A stretch of DNA of 59,897 nucleotides, filler included, from Dugesia japonica (GCA_001938525.1; 5 parts of 5 records of this genome joined end to end with filler, not necessarily neighbours in it), one strand, 5' to 3'; shown: positions 37,336-52,419, counted from the first letter of the whole stretch. Program-made: numbers and translations. The notes: generated by a model from the letters alone, not told the origin.

Positions 37336-38582
37336 TAATACTATTGTATTAATACCATTATCAATAAAATTGAACATACCAAAAAAATTAGTTTGAGTGT
37401 TCATTTAAGGTAGCAACTCATCTTGAGTAAGTGAATATTAATAAAGAAAACGAAAATGGAAAAACGTATATTATATAATATATTATTAGTACAAATATAA
37501 AATTAGAAATACTTTTAATTAATTTGTTCTTAATAATTTCTTAACCAATACATAAAAATTAGAATTAATGACATAAAATTTTATTCCATCCACGGATTGG
37601 TTAGTTTGAGTAATTTTTGGACGATTTAAGTCAATTATTTACTCACAAGAGTTAATTTTAAGTGAATTTGAGCGCTAATTTCATCGGGCGTGTAAGTTTG
37701 GGGTGAATCTTTACGGAAATCCATGTGAAAAGTCGAAATTTTTTAAATCTTCAAAAATAAGTTTTCAAAAGATAATTTAAAATCTGGAAAATCTGGTTGA
37801 AAAACTCATATTGCTTAAAAAATATGAAAATTTTAAAATTTTTTAAATGAATTTTTTATAGGAATCCGAGACATTTAAAATTTCGAAACTTTTTTGTCGA
37901 GATTTTTACATCACCCAATTCAAAATGACCTCAGAATCATTTCTAGCTAAAAATAATTTATTCGAAAAGTATATTGATCTCAAATTTAATTATGCACTAG
38001 TCTATTCTATAGAGAATTTTGAGCTGATCATGACTGATCAAGTTAAAAATAGTCAAATATTGTTTGAAACTGAGAAAATAATTTTTGAAAGTCTTTCTTC
38101 TTTAAACGTATTAAAACATACATTACTCGATAGAGAATTTTTCACTAATCAAGAAAAACATGGTCAAAATTCCAAGGATGTTTAATCATCACAAATAACA
38201 AATGATTTTTTATAATTTTCATCCACAATTAAATAGATAATTTTACGCTGATCAAGAATATATACGATAAGATTGGTCAAATGAAATTACTTTGAAAGAA
38301 GTTTAAATTTTGAAATTCTCAATAATTGGTTAAAAAAAAGTATCTCAAATTTTATTATAAACCAGTCTATTCGATATAGACATTTACACTAATTCCAAAT
38401 ATGTAAACTTAAGATCGTCAAATCTTATAGATAAAAAGTTATATTTAAAGAACCAGTACTTTATTGTGGAGTCTGACCCGAGGAATATATAATATAGTTT
38501 AATAATTTACTCGATTCGGTCTATTTTTAATTGAATTTAATATGCATTTGGAAGAATATTTTCTCTTAATTGTTCCTTAATC

Positions 38583-39863
38583 ACACCTCACTAGTGCTCA
38601 GTCATCAATACTCTGCTAGCAGTGTACTGGTCTTCAGTTATCAATGGTTTTCCTCCTGTTTACTAGTTTTCACTTTTTACTAGAATCTTTTCACGTTTCA
38701 CTGGACTTTTCTATTACTTACTGGTTTTCTTCCGCTATTTACAAGTCTTCACTAATGGTAAATGTACTGTTTAATTAGTATTATTTATTTAATCAGTTTT
38801 ATAATTTTTACTTTTAATTTTGAAATTAAATTACATTTCGTGTATTTTTATTTCATTTTCTATTTTTATCGTAAAAATACAATTAAAGTTTAATTTATAA
38901 TATGAATTTTTTATTTAAATTGATTCATTAAAATAATTTCTAAACATTTATTGAACATAATGAATATAATTGCTGAATAAATTAAGTATGACGAGTTGAT
39001 TAATTTTCTATGTGCAAATTGATTAAAAATTTGTGAGTAAATGTAATTATGTCTTGAATAAATGTTTAAAAGTAATTTTAAAAATAAATTTAGAATTTTT
39101 ATGAATAAATTAAATAGCAAGTTTAAAATATAATAACAAGTTTATTAAGTTTTGAAAATTTTGAAATAATTTGTGACTAGTTATTTAAAATATTTCAAAT
39201 AATATTGATGGAATAAATTAAGTATGATGGATTTAATTATTTTCAAATAAATATAAGTAAAAGTATATACAACTTGAATTTTAAGTGTAAAATATAATAA
39301 CTTTAGACTTCTTTAAATAAAAAGTGAAAATTAAGGCTTTTTCATAAATATATGCTTATTTTTGGTGCTACATGATAAAATTTAAGCTTTTACAATTTAG
39401 AATTTATAATAAAGAGGAAAAACCATTACAATTTATAGTTTAATATTCAGTGAATACTAAAAAAATAATGAAAATTAACGAATAAGGATAACATACGAAT
39501 AAAAATTGTAATATCCTCATTGAAAATAAATTATCCTTATCCGAATTTAAATTCACAATATTATAAATTAAACTTTAATTATATTTTTCGATAAAAATAG
39601 AAAATGAAATAAAATTACACGAAATCTAATTTAACTTCAAAATTAAAATTAGAAAATATAAAACAGATTAAATAAATAATATTAATTAAACAGTACATTT
39701 ACCACTAGTGAAGAGTGAAGACTTGTAAATAGCGGAAGAAAACCAGTAAGTAAAAGAAAAGTTCAGTGAAGAGTAAAAACTTGTGAACAGTGGGAAAACC
39801 ATTGATCACTGAAGACCAGTGCACTGCTAGCAGATTTTTTATGTCTGCGGACTAGTAAGGTGT
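38583..39863. mobile_element. Non-autonomous foldback/MITE with ~320-bp TIRs
   Basis: 38583-38910 is inverted at 39549-39863 (tctgctagcagtg.actggtcttcagt / actgaagaccagtgcactgctagcaga). Confidence 0.85.
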
Positions 39864-40419
39864 CTGAAAAGAACAATGCAGAGAAAGTATTCTTCAAAAT
39901 TTGTGAATATGTTTTGAAAAGCGAGTTGAAAATTTTGTGTGGTTGGCGATCATTTTTCATAAAACCTTTTTATCTAAAAATATATGAATTTTAGATGAAA
40001 ATTAAAATACCGTTTCGTATTTGTTTTTAACTTTTAAAGGAAAATTTAAATAACTTATGAGTAATTGTTTTAAAATTTTAAATGACGATTTATTATTAAA
40101 GCAAAATTTTTTTGTGTAAAACTTTAATATTTGAAAAGTGATCGCCAATTAAAACATGGAATTTTAGTTTGTTTGAATAAACAAATAGTGTTGGATATAG
40201 TTTTGTTTTGTGAATACATCTTTTAATGGAAATGAGTTTTGACATTAATGACCGTTAAATATTAAAAAATTGTCGGCCGAAGGTAGATGTTTCAGTGCGC
40301 TATTATATACCTACTTACCATTTGTAAATGTTGCTCTTTCGTCCATTAACAAGTTGGAAGATAGGTTGAAGAATGTTGAGTATTTTTAAAAGTCGGGATA
40401 GGGTCCAAGATAAATTTAC

Positions 40420-40830
40420 GTCAATAAATTTCAACCATAAATGTAATAAATACAAAGAAATAGTAGATGCGTTGATATGGAGTTAATGAGCCACTTAATT
40501 TTAGCACCACGTCAAACTTCAGCCCAGTAAAATTCAGCAACACTGGCTTGGTGTATATACTTGCATATAACAACCTCATAAAATTAAACCATAAATGAAA
40601 GATTGTCATTTCTCTTTGGAGTGCCAGAAATAATGGTAAGTAAAAATGGTTGAAAATTTATATCTAAAAAATTTAACAATTTCTTTGAAACCTTTGAAAA
40701 TTGAAGTATAAAACACCGTATCACTCGCTGTGCAATGTGAAAATAAAAATGTATTACAGCTCACTAGAAAATTATCTGCGAACTCAGTTGCCTGATGTTG
40801 AAAGCAATGGATTATGTTGGGCAAACAATA
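40420..40830 (-). pseudogene. Possible hAT transposase remnant
   Basis: IIHCFQHQ resembles the hAT HCxxH motif; otherwise weak. Confidence 0.3.
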
Positions 40831-40899
40831 CCTAAATTAGTTTAACAAACATACATTAAAAATTATAACAATTATAAATAAAAAATCTTTTCATGTACT

Positions 40900-41065
40900 C
40901 AACCATTCAATCAATTATTCAATGGATTAATCATTCAATTATTCAATTAATCATTCAATCAATTATTCAATGGATTATTCATTCAATTATTCAATTAATC
41001 ATTCAATCAATTATTCAATTAATTATTTGTTCAATTATTCAATCAATTGTTCAATCAGTTATTTA
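40900..41065. repeat. 12-bp tandem repeat (aatcaattattc-like)
   Basis: Directly visible; produces the spurious NYSI-repeat ORF. Confidence 0.85.
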
Positions 41066-41066
41066 A

Positions 41067-43948
41067 TCAATAAGTCAATCTTTCGTAAATTTTCTGAATT
41101 ATTTGATAGGGTCCTTCAAATCTGTCTAGACTTTTATTTCTTGTTTCTAGCTTTATGAGTACCAGATCGCCCACTTTGAATTCTCTTTTAGTAATCACGC
41201 CTGAAGTGTTTTCTTTAGTTCTATCTGAAACGTCTGACTCATACCACTTTCCAAATAAGATCTCAGCAGGGCTCTGCTTTGTTGCGTTCATTGTAAATTA
41301 TATTTCTGGTAAAAGATCAGCCCAATATGTTGACCTTCTTTGCTAAAGTGTTGCATTAATCAAATCTGGAATTTTCCTGAACTGGTTTTCAATTTGTTCG
41401 TTTGCATTATGATGATATGGACTCAAAAAGCAAAGTTTTATATTTAGCTTCTTTGCAAACTCTGCCATAACTCTGGATTCAAACACTTTCCCACAATTTG
41501 ATCTTATCTTAGACATCCAAATCTCAATATCCAATTTTCAGAAACAGCTTTTCGTATTGTTTCCTGGTCTTGTCTAGGCTATACTATAAGAACCATATAT
41601 TTACTGTATTAGTCGATTATTCCAAGAATGTATTTTTTTCGTCCACTTGTTTCCCGCATTGGCCCACATATATCTGTGAATATCACTTCAAACAAATTGG
41701 TAGCTTTTAATCTCTTTGTCTTTTCTCTAGTTGCTACTGTCACGTATTTGGTCTTCTGAAAAATTCTACAACTACGAACTATCTTATGTATTTGGCTCAA
41801 CAAATTCTTCGCAATATATTTGTTTCTCATATATTCGTACAACCTTTTAACTCCTGCATGACATAAAAAGTTTTGTATTTCTTGTATTGTCTTATGTATT
41901 TTGTTATCAGGAACTTCCATTTTTTTGCTTAAATTTTTTTCCTCAGAAATGTTTAATTGTTCTTTTTTTGCCTTTTCAATTATTTTCAGTATTTTTGTTT
42001 TAATCTTCCCTATCTTGGCATCTTCATGTGACATTTGACATTTGACACCCTTTTACCAAACACAAACCAAGGAAAGTTTCATTTCCGGATAATATTATTC
42101 TTAAAAAGGTTTTGGATAGCTTCTTCAATTTTAGATTATAAGTTCATTTGTTAGATGTTTGCGTCCTACATCCCAATTATCTGCCATAAAAGCATCTTCT
42201 TTACTTTCAATTATTTTCAATAACCGTTGATCCTCTTTAATCTTCAAAATATTTAAAGCTCTTGTTAATCGCTCTCCTTTTTTAATTTGTCTCCCAAATT
42301 TTGTTTCAATATTACAAATGTAATTTTCAACTTTTTCATCCGTTTTGGTGTTAATCTTTTGCATAAGCTGATATCCAAAAATCTTCTGCATATTTATTCC
42401 TCCTATCGGATCTGTTGTAATCTCTTTGCAAACTTCATCAATTATCACTCCAATTTTAAATTTTTAACAACTTTAAGTGCACTATTATTTGCACTACGCA
42501 ATCTTTCATCACTCATTTCTAAATGCGTTTCTCGAAATGTATCAAAACAACTCAAACTCATCACTTTAATTCTAGCCCCTGTATGTAATAAACATTCTAC
42601 TTTATTTCCTTGAATTGATACTGTAACACTTGGTCTGCCTTGCAATTTATGGTACGAAATATGTGATTTCTGTTCTGCTTCAACTGTTCCAACCCATTCT
42701 ACTTTTCTCTCATCCGCAAAATTGTCCCTCTTTAAAAATCAGTGTACTTTGTCTGTAACTTTCCTTATATCATCCCACTTTTCGACTCCTTGACTCACTT
42801 CATTTAACAATGGATGGCTTCAACCAACTCCTCTACTGATGGAGCCCTGCCTTTTGGGTACTGCTTTTCAGAATCACTTTTAATAAATTTCCTCATATTC
42901 ATCGTTTGTATTAAAATCTTCATCTTCAATCGTGTGTACTCGATTATATTGGATTCTTGATCTTTCTGCAGTCATAAATTTCTCACTTCTTTTCATTTTT
43001 AAATTTGTGTAGCACTCTTCTGCCCTATGTTCACCATTACCACATCGTTTACACCTCACTTCTTGACATAATCTTCTAATATGGCAAACCTTTCCACAGT
43101 CAAAACATTTTTTTGGATTTTTATTTGGACAATCTTGACTTATATGTCCTGTTTTATGACTAATCGCGCACGCTACCACTGTTTTTGTTGGACAATTCGC
43201 TTTAGTATGACCGATCTTATGATACATTTGATATTTGGTTAACATTCGATTTGGTTTAACATTCGATATTTGGTTTTTCCTTCCTTTGATCCACATGTCT
43301 ATTCACGCTATGTATTACCGGTTTCTAATAATTTTGATTTTTAACTCTCTCGTAACTTCTAACTACATTGACTTGATCTATGTTTTTTCTCTACTCGATC
43401 TACTAACCTCATTGTTTCTTCAATTTTTTCTATATTCTCTCGTTTTCGCAAAGTTAGTTCTTCTTAAACTTTTTTGTTATCTGAACAACAAAACTAGCAT
43501 CTTTGCTACCATTTTTGCCTCAGTAAAATCTTTATTTGTAAATAATCCTTTTACTTAATCTTTTACATTTTTTAAAATAAACTTAAATCTCTTCATTTTC
43601 ACGCCTGTAGTTATTCAAATTTTGAAAATCTTTGATAACATCTTTTTCTTTCTCAAATGCCATACGTAAACGAGCCTGAAAACTTTTTTCAACGTCTTTA
43701 CATAATCTTGCAGCAAATCTTTATCTAACAAACAAGAGACTAATCTCTCATGTTGTTTCACATGGGTAATTTTTTAGCTTCAAAAAAAATTCAAACCGCT
43801 CGATAAATTTCTCAATATCATCTCCTCTGCAGAACACTTTTGGCGATAATCTCTCTGTAATAGAATCGGTATTTACCCCTGCAACGATGTTAAGTAAATT
43901 TTCAATTGGTAATTGGTTGTTCAAATCAGAACTAATATTTTTAGACAT
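41067..43948 (-). mobile_element. Degenerate Ty3/Gypsy element: gag (multiple CCHC knuckles), protease and integrase, with RT/RNase H largely deleted
   Basis: CFDCGKVCHIRRLC, CKRCGNGEHRAEEC and two degenerate knuckles; CLLHTGA protease; integrase CHAG..C, DICGP, IID, SPYHHNANEQIE, GDLVL, FEGPY. Confidence 0.9.
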
Positions 43949-44439
43949 AATTCATTTTTCGATTTCAACTCTAAATTAAATAAGAGAAATGATAATTGAA
44001 TAGTAACTTAAAAATCTTTATACAGAATTAACTCAATTTCTATTGGCTCAAATTTATTAAATAATAATTATTTTTTGATAAATATCATTATAATTGACGA
44101 AGGTTATAGCATAAATATTGAACAATCTAGGAACAAAACATTTTTTTTTGATCTTTGCTTATGATTAAATTTTTTTTTTAAAAAAATTCTTTTGAAAAAA
44201 TTTAATCATTAATGCATCCCAGTTTTTCTCACTACAATTTCCTTTAAGTTAAATTATTATCATATCTCTTATCGTACGAATCATTATTTCTACCCGCCCA
44301 TTCGATTGGCGTTGGTACGGAGGGCTGAACTCTTTTTAACTATTTTGATTTTAATAACTCTCACTTCATTAATCCAAAAACATTTTTAATTTTACACCAT
44401 TCACAACTATTCTGATTCACTCTTATCAAAGACGGAAAC

Positions 44440-44760
44440 CATTTCTGAAAACAAAACAGTTAATATAGAGACAGTTAGACAAAATTTAAATGAAACAGTT
44501 AATAAAAGGGCAACTTTTGAAAATAAAAAGTTAGGACAGATAATTTTTAAAGTTGAAAAGTGTGTGCCATTGTGTATAGAACCACATAAACGAAAGAAAA
44601 ATGATTTCGAATATGAAGGACCCTATCAGATAATGAAGTTCATATCAGATCGGTAAGTAAAAATCAAATTTCTTCATGGTCCAAAGTACAGAAGAATAGA
44701 ATGGCTAAAGAAGTGGAAAGCATTTTGAAGAGAGGGAGAGTTACAATAATAAACACTTTG
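44440..44760 (+). mobile_element. 3' end of a Gypsy integrase followed by a polypurine tract
   Basis: FEYEGPYQIMKF..RRIEWLKKWK; PPT gaagagagggagag at 44727-44740. Confidence 0.7.
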
Positions 44761-46599
44761 TTTTAATATTATTTAGAACTTGTGTAATTTTGATTTATAA
44801 TAAATATTTAAATGAAGTCTGATTGTGAAAGTAACTTAACTTATTCAGTTATTTTTTGACAAAATATGGATGAATTTTATAATTGTCACTTTTTATATGG
44901 ATTGATAAATAATATAAATAGCAAGCTAAATCTCAGTTGTACAAACTTCTTTAAATCCTAAAATTAGTCTTCAGCCTTTGAAGGTTAACGATTGGAAGTA
45001 AAAATAACAACTTGAACTATTTTAATATTTTCTACAACTCGGAATATTTCATATACTTATTATCAACTATTTGTTATATATTAATAAATTATTTAAAGCA
45101 AATTTTCATAACTTTCATAAGGTACACTATGTACATTATGTATACAAAAACCATATATTTATATTAACGATATTAAGGTTTATAGAATCAAAACTCTCAC
45201 GAATTGCTGACTCGTTTTCAAATAATCACAATTACAAATTCTTTCATTAACAATATTTGGAATTCTAAGACGACTAAGGAAGATTCCAAGATATCACTAT
45301 CCCAAACAGTTTTTTATCAGAAGATATTGTTTTACCATCAAACCGTAAAGGACAAACAAAGGTTTAAGAAAAATTCTAAAAGATCGTTATTAGATTAAAT
45401 GAAGTCTCAGAAATATTCTCTACAAACTGAAATGATAAATTCAAATTTTATGAATTAAGAATGCTACCGCAATTTTTTTATGAAAGTCAAGTGACAAGTG
45501 AGTGATATTATGATAAAAAGATTATCAAAAATATATAATAAATGTTTTAGTATATTTTGTTTATGTAAGGGTGATTCATGAATTTCAAATATCTGAGATT
45601 TTTTAATTTTTATAAATAGTATTAAAATTGGTTTTTTAAACTTTTAAAATAAAAAACATGTTTTTTTAAAATACAAATTGATTGAATAAATTCTATATAT
45701 TATATTATGTTTAAGAATAATTAAAGATATTTGTAAAATAAAAGTATTTCAAAATTAAAGTCGATATTGTTTATTATGTGAAATTATAAAATTATAAAAA
45801 TTATTTTATAAAATTAGGTTTAAAAACAATTAAATATATATGTAAAATAAAAGTATTTTGCAATTAAAAAATCGATATTTTTATAAAACTATTTTATTAA
45901 AATTTCTCAGATTACTTGTTTGAATACTGTGAATTGTCCTTTATCATTTTTCACTTTAATCAATAATAATTTATGGATAGTTGTGAGATTTTGAATTTAA
46001 CTAATATATTATATTTATGGTTTTTAAGAGAAATACACTTTTTAACTTTCTTAAATTTTATTAATTTAGATTTAATCTTAATTATAAAATTAAATATTAA
46101 ATAAATAATTTAAAAATAATTCAAGAAATACTTGAATCTATTTGAGGTTGATTACGAGATGGTGGCTGTCTACATGTTCTGATTTCTTAAATAAATGAGC
46201 ATTATTATTGATTAATTAAATACTAAAGTGAACAATTATGGATTCAAATGTGAAAACTTTTATATTTAATAAATATTTAATTTAATTTAATGATATATAT
46301 TTTTTTAATTAATCAATCATTATTATGAAATAACTTTAGTTAAACAAATTTGATAATAAATATATTTTATATGACAAAATATAAAACTAGATTGTTCAAT
46401 ACAAAAGGAAAATGTTAAAAATTATTTTTCTTAAAGTAAATATAGACAAAGTACTTTTCTATTACTATTTATAATGAATAAAACATGTTTTGTGTTGTAT
46501 ATAATTAAATAAGTGCTATAAAATTGTTTTTAAAAGATCGATTGATAAATGCATTTAATATTGCCCAATTACACATATACATGTAAATTTGACATTCAT

Positions 46600-46645
46600 T
46601 TAACACGCAGTATGTAAAAGTTGACTTTGGACTACCGCGTGTTAA
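46600..46645. mobile_element. Tiny piggyBac-like remnant (TTAA + short TIR at both ends)
   Basis: TTAA-CACGCAGTA ... TACCGCGTG-TTAA. Confidence 0.5.
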
Positions 46646-47154
46646 CGGGACCCTACAATAATATGTGCGTCATTCGTTTAAACAGAATAATATTACTCAG
46701 GGTTATTAAATTTTGATTAAATCATAGATTTTTCAACTAAAACCTTTCCACATTTTCTTTAAATATTACACATGAAGAATCTTAAATATTTGACTCAATA
46801 AAAATCGATAATTAATGATAATTTCCGTTTGATATAATCATTCTTAAATTCATCTGAAATAAACTTAATATTCAAATCAAGAATTAAAATAGTATTTTAA
46901 TTTAAATATTTGAAAAAAGTTATTAAATAATTAAAATATATTAAATGATAAATTAATAAAATATATTTTTCTACATTTTAAAATATAAAAATACCTTTGA
47001 AAGAAATGCAAATACCCAAGGTGTTTAATATGACTAGAATAAATATAATTAATAATCTATATAATAAAATGATATTACTGAAGAATAAACATGCAATCAC
47101 CATATCTACTAAAATATGAAAAGCAATTTAGTTAAATATATGAAATCAATGAAT

Positions 47155-47215
47155 TACTATTATTTTATAATTTTTATTATTATTATTATTGATATTATTA
47201 TTATTGATATTATTA

Positions 47216-47266
<51 letters not shown>
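47155..47266. repeat. (ATT)n microsatellite
   Basis: Directly visible. Confidence 0.9.
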
Positions 47267-47366
47267 NNNNNNNNNNNNNNNNNNNNNNNNNNNNNNNNNN
47301 NNNNNNNNNNTTAATTAATTAANNNNNNNNNNNNNNNNNNNNNNNNNNNNNNNNNNNNNNNNNNNN
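47267..47366. other. Artificial contig spacer
   Basis: 44 N + TTAATTAATTAA + 44 N. Confidence 0.95.
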
Positions 47367-48607
47367 ATGTGTTGTTTTATTATTGTAATTTTTGTATTTT
47401 ATTGTGTGAATTTTTTAAATAAATATTTTTATCGGAAATTGGTTTTTCAATGAATTCTCTTAACTTAAGAAATAATAACTCTAATAATAAGTAATTTGTA
47501 TAATCAACATTGACAACTTTTCCTCCTTATCTAGAGTTTTTTCATTACTCAACTCTATGAAAGTTTACAAAAATTACATGAATGTCGATAAAGGTTTTTG
47601 AAAAATTTGATAGAAGTCAATAAAGTTTATCAGAATCCCACGTTAACCATGAAAAGTATTTCAAGTCGATGGAATACTGGAAAAATGACCTAGAACTTGA
47701 TTAAACCTTTCAAAAATTAGATAGATGTTTATGAAATTCATAGAAGTCGAAGAAAAGTTTTGGAAATTGCATTGAAGTCGAGGAAACTTTTTAACAATTA
47801 CATAGCTGTTTTATAGAACTTTTCACAAATTGATTAGAAATCGATAAAAAATTCCACAAATTTTAGAATTTTAGGTCCACCACTGACTACTTTCAATCTT
47901 CTAGAATATATGAAATCAACAGCAAAATACGAAAACATGACTAGAATTTGGAAATAACTTTATCATTTTAAAGTTGTAATATATTTATTTGTTACACTGT
48001 TCCCATATAATAAATGTATTAAGCTTTCATCATTAAATTATTTCTGACATTAAAGATAATATTTTTTCACAATATTTTGTAACCAAAAGAGGGTGAAGTA
48101 CTCGGATCTATTGGTGAAAAACCAAAGAAGGGAGTATTGTGCAAATAATAACAAATACTTTTTAAGTTTGAAAAATCATATATGTTAATCACTGGAAATA
48201 AATATAGGAATTTTTGGTGAATATTTAAAAATGAATAGACTTTTGGATACAGATGTATTAATACGATGGAATGAAATTTCACAATTATGTCAAAATAAAT
48301 TTTCAATATTATTTTTAATATCATTTTCACTCGATACACAATTAATAAATTCTATTGATTTTCCAAATAAATTATATTGAACCATGATTCATATTTGTAA
48401 GAAAAATAATTGGTAATGAAAATTATTAAAATATATTGATTTATGGCGTTTTATTTACTTTCTTATTATTTTGTCTAGACAAAACTTCCTATCTTTATTT
48501 AAATAATTCCCGATTTCAATACTATTTTATTCTTGTTTAAATGTTTTCATAATTGAATTTTGTAAATCTATTATAATTTAACTATTTATTATTCAAGATA
48601 TTTTTTT

Positions 48608-48695
48608 TAGATTTCATTAAAATAAAGTAATAGCTTCGATAAATTAAAATTTTATAGATACTCAAATTTTCGAACTATTGTCTTCTTCACGAATA
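48608..48695 (-). repeat. PLE pLTR-like repeat with a degenerate hammerhead (C3 mutated)
   Basis: Minus strand UAUUC-GUGAAGA-AGACAAUAGUUC-GAAA-AU-UU-GAGUA, followed by the family tail (tcgaagc..ttttaatgaaatcta). Confidence 0.55.
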
Positions 48696-51600
48696 GGCAA
48701 TATTTTTTCTAAGTTTTATTTTAAATATTATTTTACTTTTTTCCTATTTACAATATTATTACTTTTATTAAAATCATAATTATTTATGTTTTATTATTTA
48801 ATAAATAATTGCTCAAAATCTAATTGAAACTTCTAATTGAAATCTAATTGAAGCAAAATAAAAAATATAAACGATAAGATAAGGGAAATAATACAATAAC
48901 TCAAGAAAAAGATTTTGGAAAGACATTTCACTTTTAAAAGTTTCTGAGTCTAAAGTCTGTCCGGAGTACATCATAATTCATAGTTTCATAAAAATTAGAA
49001 ATATAAACTAAAATTAAAATTTTCAATTCTAAAATTAAAATTCAAAACCAAAATTTATTTTACAAAACTAAAATTTTCAAACTAAAAATTTATTTCTACA
49101 ATATATTTCAAATAGTAAAACTAAGATATAAACTTAATATTAAAAATTAAAATAATTAATTTAAATATTGCGCCAGAAAAAAAACAATATTGAATCATTT
49201 AAACAAAAAATAGTTAATCAGAATAGTCTGACAAAATTTCTGTATATAAACGTAGTATAATTCCTACGCAAAAAGATAAGAAAAAATATTATAACTCTCC
49301 ATAGTTCACTACGTGATAACGGATTAGGTGGTCCATTGCAATACTGTCTTCTTCAGCCATCTGATTGGTTAAAAATTTCAGACACTTATTATACTTACAA
49401 GGCAAATTTGATTTGTAAGTAGCTAAATAATTCCCAAGTGACACATTTACACACAATCCAAAAGCGATAAAGGATTCATTGCTTGATAAAATCCAACACA
49501 GTAGGTGGGACAAAATTTATGCAATCTGTTTGTTGACATTATAAGTCGCTAACGTATTGATAACTTTAGTAACATAATTTCCTGAAATTTTATTGGTTGA
49601 TTACTAAATCACTTAAGAAAAGAACTCGATTTTCAAAATCTAATACATATCTATCCACTAGATATTATTGTACTCACTTAGATAAATTTGAGTTTGATTA
49701 CAAGATCAACCTACCTCTTGGTTAATTTTTATAATTAATAATTCCTATCAATTAATTTCATAAAACTGTAAATCAAGTTATCTTTCTCTTTAAAATCCAT
49801 TTCTTTATGGCCTCTTAACTTAAAACTTCAAATTATATATAAAAAATAATCCACGTAATTAATATAAAAAAACTGCTATCATTAAGATAGGAAAACTAAA
49901 ATGATAATGATATTAATTAATTTAAGTCAAAATAAATGTATGAATAATTATCACAATGTCTACAAAAGGCAAAATCTAATGGATTTTTCGATTCATAAAT
50001 CAATAATGAGTTAGGTGGAGTTGTCAAAGTTATTTTCTATGGAATTGAACCATTTGTTTCTTATTTTTTTTTGGTCAATTGTATTAAAAAAACTGGAAAA
50101 TTTTCTGGTCAATTTTGAACTTGAATGAGTTTGGCTTAGATGTATAAAATAATTTACACTAAGAGATTATCGATAAAGCATAAATCATTAAGTCAATTGA
50201 AAAAAATGAGATAATATACTAGATAAATTTATAAAATATTTTCTGAAGCTTTGGATATTGTTAGCACATTGACTGCAATGAATTTCGAGTTCAGTAAATC
50301 TCTACATTTATTTCCCATGTTTAAAGTTTGTCTCAATTGTTAATAACTAATTTGATCGCTTATCTACCAATCGTACTTCACAGAGCTTAAAAATAAATAA
50401 TAGTATAATGGAAGAGTTAATATTAATAAATAATTAATATTAATAATTAATTAATATTAATAATTAATTAAGAGTTAATGTTAAAATTTGTTTAAACTAT
50501 TAAATTAAGGAACAGCACAACAAGTAATTTTTAAATACATAAGTGGTGAACCCTAATGATCTTGTGGGACACTTTGGAAATGGATCATAACTCCATGGGT
50601 CACATATAAAATTATATATCCATTATATAAGGGATATCCCATATTAGATTTAGAGTGAAAAATTGAAACATAATAAGTTATTATTATTATGTTTGCTATT
50701 ACTCTCACATGTAAATATAGATATTATAATAATAATGAAACTAAAAGAAAATTGTAAAGAAATATATAACACTAAAATGAAAATAAAAATATAAATATAA
50801 ATGAATTAAAAAAGAAGTGAAATCATTGAAAAATATATATTTTATTAGTGTGATATTTGTTTCTCCATTCCTTCACTTAGGGCCATAATAAACCTTTAAT
50901 TGTGCAGNATGTGGCCCGAGAGCCGCGTATTGGACATAGACGGTGATATACATAGTAAATAAAATTTAAAAGTGATATTTAATTGAAAAACAGGAATGGC
51001 AGTAACGAATATTGTATTTAATTCTCGAGATATTTGCATATTAATCTTTTACTCTTTTCAGATAAATATGTCCTCGATAGACATCTTCACTCAAATTAAT
51101 GGTATTATAGGGCTGAATACAGTGTTTCCCTCCTCGGTTACCAATTGATTTCGTAATTTTCAAAAAGAACAGAACATCCATTAATGACCTTCCATATGAA
51201 AACTGAAGAATACGTGGCTACTGTTCGAAATCTGATCAGGACAAACCGCAAATCACTTTGAATCTAATAGAAAGATAAGATGGGTTGCTCTACTACAGTT
51301 TTAGGAGATTACTTTTTTTTAGATTACTTTTTTGTGAAACATTTGTAAAAGCTTTTAATTTATCTTACTATTTATACTGAAAACTTTTCAATTATATCAG
51401 GTAAACCCAAAGTTTCGTGAGATTTTTGTTCATCAAACTCTGAAAGTCAAATAAAATGTAAAATATAAATCCACCAATAAATCTTTTTCATCAAAATAGT
51501 CACCGTTCTAATGAACAACACTTTTCCAACAGGCAAAAATTTCGCAAGATCCATTTTTAAAACTCCGCGTCTTTGGAGGCGAAAACCTGTCAAACCTGAA

Positions 51601-52419
51601 ATGTCTTCAATATTTTTGAAAGGATTTCGTATATCTAAAAACAGGTCAGAATCCGTTGTAGAAATGTCATATACTATATTTAATCTTTTATTTTTAGCTT
51701 TACAAGACTCAAGCTAAAGCTGAAATGCTATTCGGGAAAGAAATTCTAATCTACTGAACTCATATAAGAGTAGATCTACAAATTAGATTGAAAAGCGCTC
51801 AGAACTTTGGCTTTTGAACGTCAAGACACCTTATGATAATGTTGGTAAAATATTACCAAATATCAATATCTCAAAGATAAACTCCAAGTTACTTATCAAA
51901 TTGGAAAATTGTTCAGGATTCTTTTATAGTAGGATGTCTTGGTTCTTAAAGCGTTCAAAATGATACTTAGTTGAAAGTTCCAAAAACAAAAATTAATAAT
52001 CTGAAAAAAGAGTTGATTGCTTTTAATATCAAATGGAGCAATTTAACATATTATTTCCACAATTAATTGAATTTTGTGGATAGAGTTCCTAGTTACAATG
52101 ATCCTGTAGAAGTCAATCAGTGACAAATAGAAGAAAGAAGCAATTATATTGATCCAAACTAGAAACCAGAGAAAGATGATGAAAATTCGATCGATTGAAT
52201 ATTGATGAGATCAGAGATCAATAATGATAGTGAAACAAGCTTTTGATGACCTCAAATCAACAAACGAGAAGAAATCAATATTTGAAGTTTGTGAGATATT
52301 TACACTTTATGGTCAGTTAGTGTCTGATTGTGTTTTATTGGGTATCCTGAGACCCTAAAGTCGAAGGCAAAAAAAGTGCATTGGTACATGTGATTATTTG
52401 TGATATTAAATATATCTTT

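Noticed and set aside
37177-47322. Poly-Ile and NYSI-repeat ORFs (37177-37404, 40970-41158, 47116-47322)
   Set aside because: Translations of simple repeats.
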